Assembly (NCBI GenBank): GCA_963514005.1
Contig: OY740814.1
Span: 18,538,001 to 18,602,000, forward strand
Source: Raja brachyura
Lineage: Eukaryota
Direction of reading: 5' to 3'
Length of the DNA: 64,000 nt
Notes under the pieces: generated by a model
What the model was told of the DNA's origin: nothing
What the model saw: the letters and a program-made list of their open reading frames with translations, nothing else
Database searches by the model: none
Position numbers and translations under genes: made by a program
Shown: one piece after another, positions 50,847 through 63,280 of the stretch
Position numbering within the stretch: position 1 is the first letter of the stretch
Layout of the letters: the number at the start of each line of letters is the position of its first letter

Positions 50847-50962
50847 TTTCTGAGAAGATGGTGTTGGGCTGGCTCCTTAAAGCAGCAGCAGCTCTTCTGG
50901 GGGAGGTTCTCCCCTAATGGAGAGAGTTGATTATGTAGACCCTCTGGTAGAGAATGAAAAAT

Positions 50963-51218
50963 GAGTTTAGTTTAGAGATACAGCGTGGAAACGGGCCATT
51001 CTGTCCACGGTGACCGGTGATTACTCGTTCTATCCGATACAAAAGGGACAATTCACAGAAGCCAATTAACCTACAAACTTGCGCGTCTTTGGAATGTGGG
51101 AGGAAACTGGACCCATGCGAACAGGGGGGATCGTACAAACTTTGTACAGACCATAGTCAGGATCGAATCTGGGTCTCTGGCGCTGTTAGGCTGCAACTCC
51201 ATTGCTGCGCCTCCGTGC
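50963..51218 (-). mobile_element. HE1-like V-SINE
   Basis: Tail, V-domain and head on the minus strand. Confidence 0.88.
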
Positions 51219-51545
51219 TTGGGCTTGGGAATTACTTTTGGCGTATGGTTGTTGAGTGATGGGAATGCATTTTGTAGATTGTACCACATATGGATGGTAG
51301 AAAGGCCTTGAAGTGTCAGGAATCTGGTTACTGGATACCTAACTGCCAACCTGCACTTGTAGCCACAGTATGAAGCTATCGAACCCTAGGTTATAGGTAA
51401 TGATAATGTCATTGAACATTGAGGTTAGATGACAGTTTTTGGAGATGGTTATTTCTGGCTCTTTTATGTCACAGTTATTATTTGCCTCTTCTCAAAGCAT
51501 GCCTACATATTGCCTGGGGTCATGCATGCAGGCATAGATGGGGTT

Positions 51546-51893
51546 TTTTTAGTTGAGTTCATTGTCACGTCTACTGAGGTATAGTGAAAAACGTTTTAGT
51601 TGTGTGTTATCCAGTCAGTGTAAAGACTATACATGGTTACAGTCAAGATGTCCACAGGGTACTGCCACAGGATAAAGATAATCATGTTTAGTACAAGATA
51701 AAGTCCAATTAAAGATAGTCCGAGGGTCTCCAATGAGGTAGATGGTAGGTCAGGACCGCTTTCTTGTTGTTTCTGGGATGGTTCAGTTGCCTGGTAACAG
51801 CTGGGACAAACTGTCCCTGCATCTGGAGGTGTGTGTTTTCACACTTCAGTACCTCTTGAATGATGGGGAGGGAAGAAGAGGGAATGACCGGGG
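51546..51893 (-). mobile_element. Rex1/Babar-type LINE 3' end
   Basis: The reverse complement has RDSF.PAV.RQLN-like coding and the tail TTTCACTATACCTCAGTAGACGTGACAATGAAC. Confidence 0.7.
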
Positions 51894-52703
51894 CTTAATC
51901 GCTGAGGATTTGTGTATAGAATCTAATGTTGTCTCATGACCAATTTTGAATTGATGTATAGAGGGTTTATTGATTAGGGACTGATGATGGTCAGCCCTGT
52001 GAAGCATCTCTGAGAAACTCCTTCAGCAGTCTCCAGGGCTGTAATGGTTGGTCTCCAATGGCCACCATAACCATCTTCCTTTTCTTTCACTGATCAGATC
52101 CCCTTCAAAACCTCTCTGTGGGTCACTCAGGTCACTGTGGGTCACTGTCCTAAATCTGGCTGGCATGGACACTCAATTGAAACCGGATCTCCCTTGGTGT
52201 CTGTGGCTCAGTACATAGTGTACTGAAAGAACCCGTTATAGACTTGGGTGGTACACCAGCCCAAGTCAAACCAGTGCTGATTCACAGTAATGATGTCCAA
52301 ATATTGAATTCCGGGGTCAGCCTACATCGTTAAAAGCCACCTCCAGTGATATTAAGAAAATGATGATAGCCGACATCACTTATCCTGAGAGGTCAATGAG
52401 GTTTGAAGAACACTTGTAAATCCAATCGTAAACAGTTGCAGAGCAAAATTGAAAGCCAATCTGCAACAGATGCAAGTTTCATTTTAAGTTAAATAACTGG
52501 TTCATTAATCTTTTGGATGCGTTCAAGATATTTAATCAGCTTCATTTAACTAAGCTGCCTTTTTATGCAGATGTCAAAATTATGTCAATATTTTGAATAG
52601 TTTTGCATGTTAATTAATTGTGGCGAGTATGATGACCGAGTGAATTAATCAACCGATAGTCTGGCGTTAATGTTCCACCCTTGTGTTCTTGCCTCCGCTG
52701 CAG

Positions 52704-53009
52704 CATTACAGCACCTCCCTCCTTGCCGCCGCAGCCGCAGCAGCGAGCGCTTCAGAGGATCAGGACCTCATACACTCCTCGCTCAATCGATTCTTTCCGT
52801 ACAGCTCTTCGCAAATGTTCCTGGAACAACCAAACTCAGCGCCTGCCAACACGCTGGCGGTGACCAACGGCAGCAGCAGCGGGAGCAACAGCAGCCTCGT
52901 CTCCTCCAGCAGCTTGCGGGAAAATCTCGGACATCCCGGGGCGACCCGGAGCAGTGTGGAAAATGGCACCATTTTTGGCACCATACCAGATGTTATTTCA
53001 TTGGACTGA
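52704..53009 (+). CDS. PIAS1: PIAS1 last coding exon (exon 14 equivalent), ends at TGA
   Basis: ctgcag|CAT; encodes HYSTSLLAAAAAAASASEDQDL...TNGSSSGSNSSLVSS...IFGTIPDVISLD*, the PIAS1-type C-terminus. Confidence 0.97.
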   Translation, partial: HYSTSLLAAAAAAASASEDQDLIHSSLNRFFPYSSSQMFLEQPNSAPANTLAVTNGSSSGSNSSLVSSSSLRENLGHPGATRSSVENGTIFGTIPDVISLD

Positions 53010-55860
53010 CATTTGAAATAATGGCTAACTTTTTTTTGTGGTGGGTCTGGGATGGAGAAATAAAGAAGGAAAAAGTCTGGTTTGTTTCACCTTTTAAAAT
53101 AAATTTAGAAGTGTAGAGACCCTTTTTTAAATAAACAAAAAAAAATGTAAAAAAAGACACCATGTACAGAGAACAAAATACTATATTTTCAGTTAACTTT
53201 TGTATATAAATTCAAGACTGTCTGTCTTTTAAGGTTATTTCAGTTTACTTTGTGAAAGCAGAGTTTTTACGATGTATTTGTCTGTTTCGTGATATTCCTT
53301 TTTGTATTGTTCGATGGCATTACTTCCACAGTTGACATTATTTGACTTAGACATTTTTCGTTGTACTTCACTGTAGAATATTTCTTTTGGAAAGAACTGA
53401 AATGTCAATGATTGACAGCGATATTTCCCATTTTTTGTGCAAATAATTTTATTATTCTTTTAAGTTATGTAAAGTATCTTGACTGTTCCTCATATCATTC
53501 CCTCTGCGTTTGCAGGAAGTAGCTTTGGGGAATGCTCAGTACCGTACAGTTTTTCACCTTTGGGGAGGGTGGTGGTGAAGTTTGTGGACGACCCCTTCAC
53601 AAATTCCACATCTTCCGTTTTATAAAGTAGCATTTTTCAAGCATTAAGGAATTGTAATAAGGGAGAAAATGTATCCTTTTGTTGAACTTCTTATTTTCCT
53701 GTTTCCCTGAAAAGCTCTAACTGTAGAATGCATCCAGTTTGTATACTTGTTATTTTTCTCTTTTTAAAAAAAAAAAAAAAAAACCTCATTTCATACACGT
53801 GCACTGTTTGCTCACTGGGCATTGTCATATTACAGCCAGCTTGCTAAGAAAATACCAGATTGGGTGTGGAATTTATCCCTGTATTTCAAGTGCCCTGTTT
53901 GGCAAAGCACCAGTTTCCACTGCATGCTCCCAGTTGAAACAGGGATGCCAGAATTTGGGTACTTTTGGTGTACTGATACATCGCCCCAACTAACCACACT
54001 GCCACTCATGTGACCCTCAGCTTTGTTTTCATTCACGTTTCTTTAGTTGTCTGTTGCTTGTTCAGTGCATTATGATCTTTGCCAAGCGTGGAAGCAACCA
54101 ACCAAATTGGGGGTTTTCCCCCCCCCCCCTCAATGAATGGTCCACAATCTCTGTTTGGAGTGTGACTGTCTCTCAGATCTTTGAATCAAACAGAATTCTC
54201 AAACAAATAGTTGGTGTGTGCACAGTTTAGTGTACTAAAGAAAGTAAATATTTTTCACAGCCTTCACCTGTTTTGCTGTTATATATTGGTCCACAAGTTA
54301 AATTCCAAGTGCACTGGGAGGTTTTATGCAGTTCTTCCACTAGTTTGAAAGTAATGTTTGCAAGATGGTGAAAACTACCCAGTGCTAATTTGACCCATGA
54401 ACTTCGAAAATATCGCATTCTGAATTTTCTGTCTGCCCTATCAGCTGATCTCAACCTGGCGTTGTGGGCAGTTATAATTGGACAGAGCATCTCATGAAGT
54501 CTTCTCTCGTGTCCATCTTCCATGTTTCAGATGCTGACATCGCTGTCATCGTCCGTCTTGAAAAGGACGCAAGCTTCCGGCGACAATCAATGGCAGCCAT
54601 CACTTGTCGCAATAGATGATGGTGGTAGCAGAATTAGCTCGGGATACTTCCAGTTTCCAGCCCCGCGACATGGACGCTTCTGCTATGGGTCCATCTCATT
54701 GAAGTGAACGGGACACTATTGTTGGCGTTGCTCGTCCTGATGAAAGTCCATTGGCTTGTATGTGAAGTGGACAAGTCAGCATTGCGTTCATTTACAACAT
54801 CTTACTTCCACTCACCCCTATATCCAACAAACTGTAGCCTATTCAAAAGAAGATCTAGGAAAGACTGGTGGCCGCTGGAAGGTGATGAGCTTTGTGCAAT
54901 CATGTAACAGCAAGTGGGAGAGCAAGGATGGTATAGAACAAGCTATAACCAAAATGAGCAAACGTTGGGTAATGAAAGAGTTCTAGAAAACCTTGCAGAG
55001 AACAGCAGCAATTGGCCTATCTCAGCTGTTTTTTTGCAAAATCTTTAGATGATAAAATTGCAAATCTTCAGGTTTTCAGCATCTGCTCCCTTGTCCTCAG
55101 ACTACTTGTTTTACAACTCATTGAAAATTATAGTTTGGGGGGGGGGGGGGGGGGGGGAGGAATTGACTGGTTTATTGAAAGTAGGTCACTAAATGGCTTG
55201 GGGCTCACAGGCTGTTTAGCCATTGGGGAGATGTTTCATGCTTTCATCGGGATTTTGTCCACCGTATTTTCCATGTTTTGTGAACGTTCTCAAATAGGGT
55301 TGAATTGAGCATTCATTGGAAATCAATACCTGGATTTGAGTGGTGCTTGTGTCAATGGCAAAGTTATCTATGTCTGAACACAGCTGGATCTTTCACACTA
55401 TTGGTTGCATTTTGACAAGTGAAGAGAATTTTAAAGAGTAAGCCAGCTTGTACACATTGCTCACCTACTGTTTGGTATAGTAGGTTGTTCTAGAATTTGC
55501 AGTATTGAGAGTCTATTTCATTTGCACAAAGTGTCATTGTAAACCAGATTCTCCAAGCATGGAAACTCCCCTCTTCTGCAAATTTGTAAATTCTGTTCAT
55601 CACTTCTTTGAGGGTGTCAAAGATAATTCTGATACTTTTACTGCCTTAAATCTTTCAGAGTGCTGGCTTCTGCGACCGCATGCCAAACCAGAGAAATGGC
55701 TTTTTAAAAAATAATTGAGTATAGTAGACCAGTGTCAGTTTGTATAAAGTACCACGTGAAAATATTTATTTCATGCATTGGAAAAGAATTGTTTACTTAA
55801 TGAATGTTACCTGTTAATGTAGAGATCTTTTAGATGTAATAAAGCAGCAGAAAGTTCCCA
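53010..55860 (+). other. PIAS1: Probable PIAS1 3' UTR (end approximate)
   Basis: Follows the stop codon; U-rich; no recognisable TEs for about 2.85 kb; AATAAA at 53059, 53098, 53130 and 55838. Confidence 0.6.
55838..55843 (+). terminator. Candidate distal polyadenylation signal AATAAA
   Basis: TGTA motifs upstream, a U/GU-rich stretch downstream, and a position near the end of the TE-free block. Confidence 0.5.
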
Positions 55861-58786
55861 GTAGTGGAGTTGGCTCGTTTCCTTTCCAACCTCCTTGTTT
55901 TGCTCTTATTTTCAAGCTCCATCAAAAACATCTTGAACCAGTTGATGATTCCTGGAATCTTATGCCGAGGGAGAAGACCACTAGGGGAAAATAGGTGATT
56001 TAAGGTTATCTTACCCTTTGCTATCTGGCCTTAAATATTTAAGAATAAACCTAGTGATGTCACTGGTAGTGTTGATAGGCCCCAGCTAACAGGCCTTGCA
56101 GAAACTGGAAAGGAAGTTGACTCATCTTGGCTTGATACCAGTGAGGTTTATTAACATGTGGTTTTCTTTGCATGAAGTGAGCCGAAATGTTTTGTGTTTC
56201 TCATTGGCCTTAAATGAAGCTGTAAAATGGAAAGCATCAACAATTAGTAGAATTATCTGTGTGGCTTAGTCACTGGGGAAATGCATTGACGTGATTCCTT
56301 GTGTCTTCTGTTGCTATCGTGCACAATTATAGTTATATCCAGCCTTGTTATACTGTTCATGTATTGTTTCTCCAATCACATAATGCATATTTTACTTGAC
56401 TAGATTTCATTTTAAATCATGCTAAGCTTCCCACTTTATTCAAGTTGGAAAGCCTGGTTATTTCTTCAGTGTGATCAAGGTTTTGATCATGGTATTAAGG
56501 TGTAACCCTTGTGCGCTAATCTTCAAGACTCCTCTTTTATTTATTGATGACATTGATGAAATGAGAGGCATCCAAGGGGCACATGGATATGCAAGCAATG
56601 GAGGGATATGGATTACATGCAAGCAGAGGAGATTAGTTGAACTTGGCAGCGTGTTCACACAGACATTGTGGGCTGAAGAGCCTGCTGTGCTGATCGATGT
56701 TCTATGAGTCTTCGTCAATCGCACCTTGTGACCAAAGGAAGTGTAATTTCATGGACTCAAGGAAGTGGAAGATTGGTCTTCGAACCTTTACTGGATGGTG
56801 TGGTTTGCTTTAAATTTGTTTTGCCTGGTAAGGGATTAGAGGAATCTCCAACCAATTCAATAATTTGTTTAAAGTTGTGATAATACTTTGAGGAATAGGT
56901 CATCCCAAGATACCATGGTGTGTAGGGCGTAGAGGAGTTGTTCCACAGAGCCAGGCCTTTCAGAAGTAGCTGGGGAAAACACTTGCTCACAGTGGGAGGA
57001 ATTTGGACACAGTTTCACAAATGTTTTCTTGCTGGCTCAGTTGTTAATTTGACGTGCAATTGATTTTTGGGTGGGGGAGGGGGTTATTGAGGGGTTTGAC
57101 ACAAAGGGTCGATAGCTTACAGGTAAAAGCAGCTAAAAACATGTTCCTGAATGTGGTTTGTAATGTTTTGATTGCAGTCAGACTTGCATGCAAATGTGAT
57201 GCACACTCAGAGGCAAGAGTTCCAAGCCATTATTGAATAGAGTAAATGCTCACCGTTTTCCCCAGAGTTGAGTCTGAAACAAGATGGCATTAGCTTAAGA
57301 TGAGAGCTTTATAAGGAGCCTTTGGCAACCGTTTCACTCGGAGGGTTGTTCATATCTGCAATGAGTTGCCAGATTCAATAACAATTTTAAAAAGGTAACA
57401 GGGTTTGGGGGGCTGTGGGCCAAAATGCACACAAATGGGACTAGCCCAGTATGACAGCTTGGTTGACATGGCCAAGGTGGACCTAAGGGCTTGATTCTGT
57501 GCTGTATAGATCTGTGACTCTAAAATCTAACCTTCCAGGCTAGCTTGCCATTGTGGACTTTGCCAAAGCCTTTCTAAAGGCAATGTTGACTTGGTCTACC
57601 TTCTTGCCCATGTCACTTGTTTTTGTCACTTGTTCAAAAAATTCAAGGTAAGATTATTCCTTGCAGAAAATATTTGAATACTGGAAACTAGCAAGATAAT
57701 CCTCGGATTCATCAACAACCCCACGTCTACATGGCATGATCCCGTTTCCAGGGAATGTTTTTCGGTCATAGTAGTCTTCAGGAGGAATGTTGGTTGAAAC
57801 AATATACATCATAAACCCTGGCAATCCAGCCCAATGGACCCAATACTGGTGTTCATGCTTCACGTGAGCCTTCTGTCAACGTGTTAGTCTTCATCTCCTT
57901 CAAATCCTGGCTCCCTGTGTTTATCCAGCTTTCTGGATATCATAGTCATCCCCCAACCATTCCAATTACTTTCTGTCTGAGGGCGTTTCTCCTGAATTCC
58001 ACACTGCTGGATTTAATTGTGATCATTTAATTACATAATAGCAAGAGTTGCTTAAAAGTTCAGATGCGTGTTGGCCAACCTTTTAACTAAATTGCAGCTT
58101 TGCGTACAGTTTACCATGATATCGTACCTTGTTGGTTTTGAGAATTCGGTACACTCAGCTGTGCCCAAGTGCTGCTGTCAGCCATGGTTTTGCACTAGCA
58201 GTGGTTACTTTATGAGACGGGGATCAGGAGTAACTGCATTACAGGCAATGGTCTCATTGACCACCTCAAACCCCATTAAACCAACCGTGAGGGGCTGTCT
58301 CAAGAAGATGAGTGATTGCCCAACCCTTTTGAGAACAGATCTCAAATTTATGATCAGTAGAAAGGTCAAAGTGATCAGTCTGAGTTGCAACTGCTGTCGT
58401 TCAGCAAGGTTCCTGGCAGGAGGTGAGACTGGCATTAATAGCAAGGGAAGAGGAGCCTCTGATGGATCTGTGCAACACAGCTGGTACATCTCACAGCAGT
58501 GTATTGCAGAGGCCCCAGCGCTGTGCATGCAAACATTCAGTGCTTAAAATAGCTGACTCTTGCCTTCTGGTCCCTTGTCTATTTTTAGAGCAGGAGAAAG
58601 AACATCTCATCCCTTGCTCCACCCAATGGCCTGCTTCTTATGCAGGATGTTGGGTCAAAGACAGGACTGCCACCTTTTGCCATCTCACGGAAGCACATAG
58701 ACTAGGAGTGGTCAAATTCTCCAGTCTTTTGCTGATAATTTTTTGATTTAATTAGAATTGGGGTGAATTAATTTTGGCTCAGAAGA

Positions 58787-59047
58787 GTGAAAGCAAGTTG
58801 GTTTTTAGTTGCAGTGGGTCGAGGCAACTGAGTAGGACAAAGGGAATCGCTGATAGGGAGAGGCCGTGGTTGCCATGGTGATAAACTGTCGATGACATTA
58901 AACTGAAGAAGTTAGCTGGTTTCTCAACCTGATAACGTCATCAATAGTTTATCACCACAGCAACCTTGTCCTACCCCCATCGGAGATACCCTTTATCCTA
59001 TTCAACTTCCCCCGCCCGCTGTAATTGGAAGCAAACTTGTTTTCTCT
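58787..59047. repeat. Imperfect palindrome of about 260 bp (probably inverted PLE 3' segments)
   Basis: GGTTGCCATGGTGATAAACTGTCGATGACATTA versus TAACGTCATCAATAGTTTATCACCACAGCAACC; outer arms also pair. Confidence 0.75.
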
Positions 59048-59089
59048 CCCAGTTCTGTCCAAGGGCCTACAGTCTGAAATATTCCCACA

Positions 59090-59436
59090 CGTGTATAAAA
59101 CCACGGGAGGAATAGATCAGGTGGACGCACAGAATCTCTTGCCCCCAGTTGGGGAATCGAGAACCAGAAGGGCATAGGTTTAAGGTGAAGGGGGAAAGAT
59201 TTGATAGGAATCTAAGCGGTAACCTTTTCCACATAAAGGGTAGTGGATGTGTGGAACGAGCTGCCGGAGGAGGTAGTTGAGGCAGGTGCTTCAGAAGCTA
59301 TTAGACAGGTACATGGATAGGACAAGTTTGGGGGGGATATGGGCCAAATGCAGGCATGTGGGACTAGTGTAGGCAGGACATGTTGGTTGGTGTTGGCAAG
59401 TTGAGCCGAAGGGCCTGTTTCCACAGTATGACTCTT
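59090..59436 (+). mobile_element. HER1/CR1 LINE 3' tail
   Basis: GIDQVDAQNL..VGESRTR..RFKVKGERF; tail GCCGAAGGGCCTGTTTCC. Confidence 0.88.
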
Positions 59437-60539
59437 AACACTGCCTTACCCGCTTCCTGCATTTACTGCGATAATGAAGCATTACCGGCATCTGCAATTT
59501 TTGTTTTTGATTTACGAACATAACCTCAGTGCCTTGGTAATTTGTACGCACCCATAACAAATTCAAATCAACTTCCTTGCCAACGTGCCCATGACATCTT
59601 AAATATTTTGGGGTCTGGAGTCTTTAAAACTAAGTAGCAACTCTCGGTTGCTAAGCATCTCATTTATCCTCTACAAGCAAAGTACGCGGGCAACAAGCGG
59701 ACGGCAAACTGAATAACATTCCCATAACCCCATCGTGACTTCTCCATACATTATGGCTCCCAGAGGAATATTCTGCACTGTATATAGGGCTACAATGTGA
59801 CCGAGCGTCGGAGAGAGCTCTCATGAAAATCAATGTGATATGACTGGATCATTAGTAATTGGTTGAAGAATAAATGTTGGAAAGATATAAAGGATAAATC
59901 CCCCATTTTTCAAATTAGATCAGTGTTTTTCCATTCAAGCTGTGAGCCCAGAGACATTCTCAAGACTGCACGGGGGGGCTTTAGAGTCTCAGCTCAAGTA
60001 AGGCTTAATTCAGAAGTGAATGAATCTTCCATTGAGCCAACATCAACTTCCTGACTTGCTCTGCTTTCCTATGGAAGTTGGATGCAGATGAGTTGAGCAC
60101 ATTGTTCTGGCAGTGCCGACTGACTGACTGTGGAGCAAATCCAGGCGGAGGAATCCAATGTGCGACTCGAACCATTGTTTGCCTTGGGCGGGACTGTGCA
60201 GGTTTGGCCTGTTGGCACGGGGTCCGGTTGGGGCCCTCGGCTGTCAGGCAGAGACGCGACTGCTTCTTCAGGATGTGAACGCAGACCGTGGGAGAGATCA
60301 AAAATATTTCTTAGAGAGAAAACCGCAACCCTGTGGCTGGGATGTTGCCCAGTTTGCCTTGAGCTCTGCAGGTGAATGGATCTGTCAACTAATTACATTG
60401 AGCATTGAAACCTATTGCAGGAGAATGGCGGTGGCCCTCTTGCCTCCCTCCTCCACAAAGCAGCTGGTGCTAGCGTCAGGCCTCAAAGTAAATGGACCAT
60501 GCTGGAGTGGTACTGAACACAGATGCATCTGGTGGAACA

Positions 60540-61016
60540 GTTGAGCTCAGTTCAGAGATACAGCATGGGGTCACTGAGCCAACACCATTGAGTGATCACC
60601 CGTACACTAGTTCTATCCTGCACCCGAGAAACAACTTGCAGAAGCCAATTAACCTGCAAATCTGCACATCACAGAATGTCGGTGGAAATCAGAGCACCCA
60701 AAGAAAACCCACGCAGTCACGGGGAGAATGTGCAAACTCCATACAGACAGCACCCGTAGTCAGAAACGAACCCGGGTCTCCGGCGCTGTGAAGGGCCTGT
60801 CCTAATTCACAACCTTTTTTTCTTGTGGACATTTTTCATCAGGCTAGAAAAACGCCCCGACCTACTTGATGCCACGAGTACCTACGACTAGCATCACGAC
60901 CTACCTACAACCTCCTACGACCTTGTGTCGACCATGCTGCGAGTATGAGTCGAGGGCAAACTCGGCAGAGATCGTGAGAGTGGGACAGGCCCTTAAGAGG
61001 CTGCACTGTGCTGCCC
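60540..61016 (-). mobile_element. HE1-like V-SINE with a nested MITE
   Basis: The head is split at GGCGCTGTGA|GAGG by a MITE. Confidence 0.85.
60792..60993. mobile_element. Harbinger-type MITE, 202 bp
   Basis: AGGGCCTGTCC... / ...GTGGGACAGGCCCT; flanks TGA and TAA; internal CTACGAC repeats. Confidence 0.82.
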
Positions 61017-61186
61017 ATCCTGCAGGTGTCGAGTGGCAGAGACCCAGCACAGTTTATGCTCATGGGTGATGTTACAAATATCAACAATGCCTTCCGCTGC
61101 TTGCTCCCTCCTGACAATTCCCCTCCCTCTCGTTACAACCCTCTACTTGTCCCCCTTTATAGCTCAACTTAAAACTCATATCAAAG

Positions 61187-61425
61187 TAGAAGCAAGGAAC
61201 TGCAGATGCCGGTTTACAAAAAAAGACACAAAGTGCTGGAGTAACTCAGCGGCTCAGGCAACAACTCTGGAGAACAAGGATGGATGACATTTTGGATCGG
61301 GATCCTCCTTCAGGTACTGAAACTACCTATCCATATTCTCCAAAGATGCTGCCTGACCCACTAAGTTATTCCAACAGATAGACACAAAGTGCTGGAGCAA
61401 TTGAGTGGTTCAGGCAGCATCTCCG
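61187..61425. mobile_element. Cluster of PLE pseudo-LTR repeats in alternating orientation
   Basis: GGAACTGCAGATGCCGG..GACACAAAGTGCTGGAG twice, plus an inverted GATGCTGCCTGACCC segment. Confidence 0.75.
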
Positions 61426-61591
61426 AACCTGGTTTTTTGAAACTGGGTATCTTTGGCTAAGATTTTGGTTCCATCTTTGTGCCTTTGTAGCTCAGTTCAT
61501 AGCTGCTTCATTTAGCATCCCAGAGATATTGTACAGCATGCACAGTATCGACATCAGAATCTGATGGAAAGTTTCCCATGTGAAACTCTAA

Positions 61592-61870
61592 TGCCCCTGT
61601 CCCACTTAGGAACCCTGATCGGAATCCTCAGGAGACTTTGTGCCCCACCCAAGGTTTCCGTGCGGTTCCCGGAGGTTTTTGTCCTCCGGCAACCACCTTC
61701 AACTAGCATCGCAACTGACTTCGACTAGAAAGTTATCGATTTTTAAAACGGAAACCACTTTCGACCATTAGGGAGACTGACAAAAACCTCCGGGAACCGC
61801 ACGGAAACCTTGGGTGGTGCGCAAAGTCTTCAGAGGTTTCTGTTCAAGTTTCCTAAGTGGGACAGGGGCA
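61592..61870. mobile_element. Harbinger-type MITE, 279 bp, TIRs of about 92 bp
   Basis: TGCCCCTGTCCCACTTAGG... / ...CCTAAGTGGGACAGGGGCA; TAA TSD on both sides. Confidence 0.92.
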
Positions 61871-62374
61871 TAACTCTGTTTCTCATGTGACAGATGTTGC
61901 CCGGCCTGCTGAGTGTTTCGATCATTCTCAGTTCTAATCCAAACTTGGGTTCAATTACGTTCAGGAGGCTTCATTGCATGGCCCTCTCGCGCACCCTCTC
62001 CATTGAATTCCTGCCACAACCCTCATGCTGCTAATTATAAAGCAAACTGAGCCACAATCAACCTGCTGGAGGAAGTGAGCGGGTCCAAGCATTGAGCTTG
62101 GGGAGGGGAAAGCAACAGTCGATGCTTCAGGTCGAGAACCAATACTGCAAGGGTTTGACCTGAAACATTGACTGTTCCTCCCCACAGATGATGCTCGGCT
62201 CACTGAGTTCCTCCAGCAGATTGTCAGTTCCTTCTTTAACACTCCTCCAGCAGATTGTTGGCCGCTGCAGATTTAAACACCTGTAATCTCTTGTCTGTAA
62301 AAAGCCAACAGACCTATCCAACTGGTTAGTTAAGCTGTCAAAAAAATTCTGTCCAATTTACCGTATCATTACGA

Positions 62375-63280
62375 GCTTAACCCGAGCAAGTGTGAGGTGT
62401 CACACTTTGGGCAGTTGAATGGAGAGGGTGTATTGTTAATGGCAAGTCCGTTAACACTTGATGTGTAGAGGGATCTGCAGTCTAAGTTCATAGCTCACTG
62501 AAGGTGGCAGCATCAGTAGATAGTGTGGATATCAAAGGAATATGGGAAGTTTGCCTTCATTGCTAGGGGGCATTGAATACGTCAGGAAGTCACGGTGCCA
62601 CTTTGGTGTCACAGAGTCAGGACTTTGGTTCGATCACATTTGGAATATTGCATGCAGTTCTGGTCACCCCATTACAGGAAAGATGTGGAGACTTTGGAGA
62701 TGAAGTGGTTTTTACGAGAAGGCTGCCTGGATTATGGGTTTCAGATACAGGGAGAAGTTGTATAGACTTGGACTTTTTTTCTGGATCGTCGGAGCTTGGT
62801 GGGAGACTTGATAGACGTATATAAAATCATGAAAAGCATAAATACAGTGAACAGCCTCATTCCCAGTGGAAATGTCCAATACTAGAGGGCATTGTATGCG
62901 GGGGGGGGGGGGGGGGGGTGGGGGTGGGCCGTGAGGGGAAGAACAATGGAGGACCCGCGTGCTTTGTAATGTTGTCAGCATTGTAGGTGGCCACTATTTG
63001 GATTAATTGAGCATGGAAGCACAGAATCTCACTCTGCCTAAGACAATGAAGTAAGGTGAGAGGGGGAAAGTTTAATAGATTTTTTTGTACACACTGTGGT
63101 GGGGGCCTGGAACGCATTGCCAGGGATGGAGGCAGATACGATACGGGTGTTTGAAGGGATTTTGGGTAGACACATGAAAGTTCAAGGAACTGAGGGATAA
63201 GGATCAGGCAGATGAGATCAGTTTAATTTGGCCTTGTGTTTGCAGATGGGCCCGTTCCTGCACTGTACTGTTCTATGTTC
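62375..63280 (+). mobile_element. HER1/CR1 LINE 3' end with an internal insertion (about 62897-63053)
   Basis: [28 protein letters not shown] and tail CTGTACTGTTCTATGTTCTA. Confidence 0.85.

Noticed and set aside
52670-53116. Alternative-frame 148-aa ORF over the last exon
   Set aside because: A by-product of GC-rich Ala/Ser codons; the spliced frame ends in the conserved ISLD stop.
55136-55157. Long poly-G runs (also about 14528, 43702, 62900)
   Set aside because: Simple homopolymers of uncertain length accuracy, with no independent evidence of function.
58068-58746. Overlapping 107-159 aa ORFs
   Set aside because: No recognisable homology or coherent splice structure.
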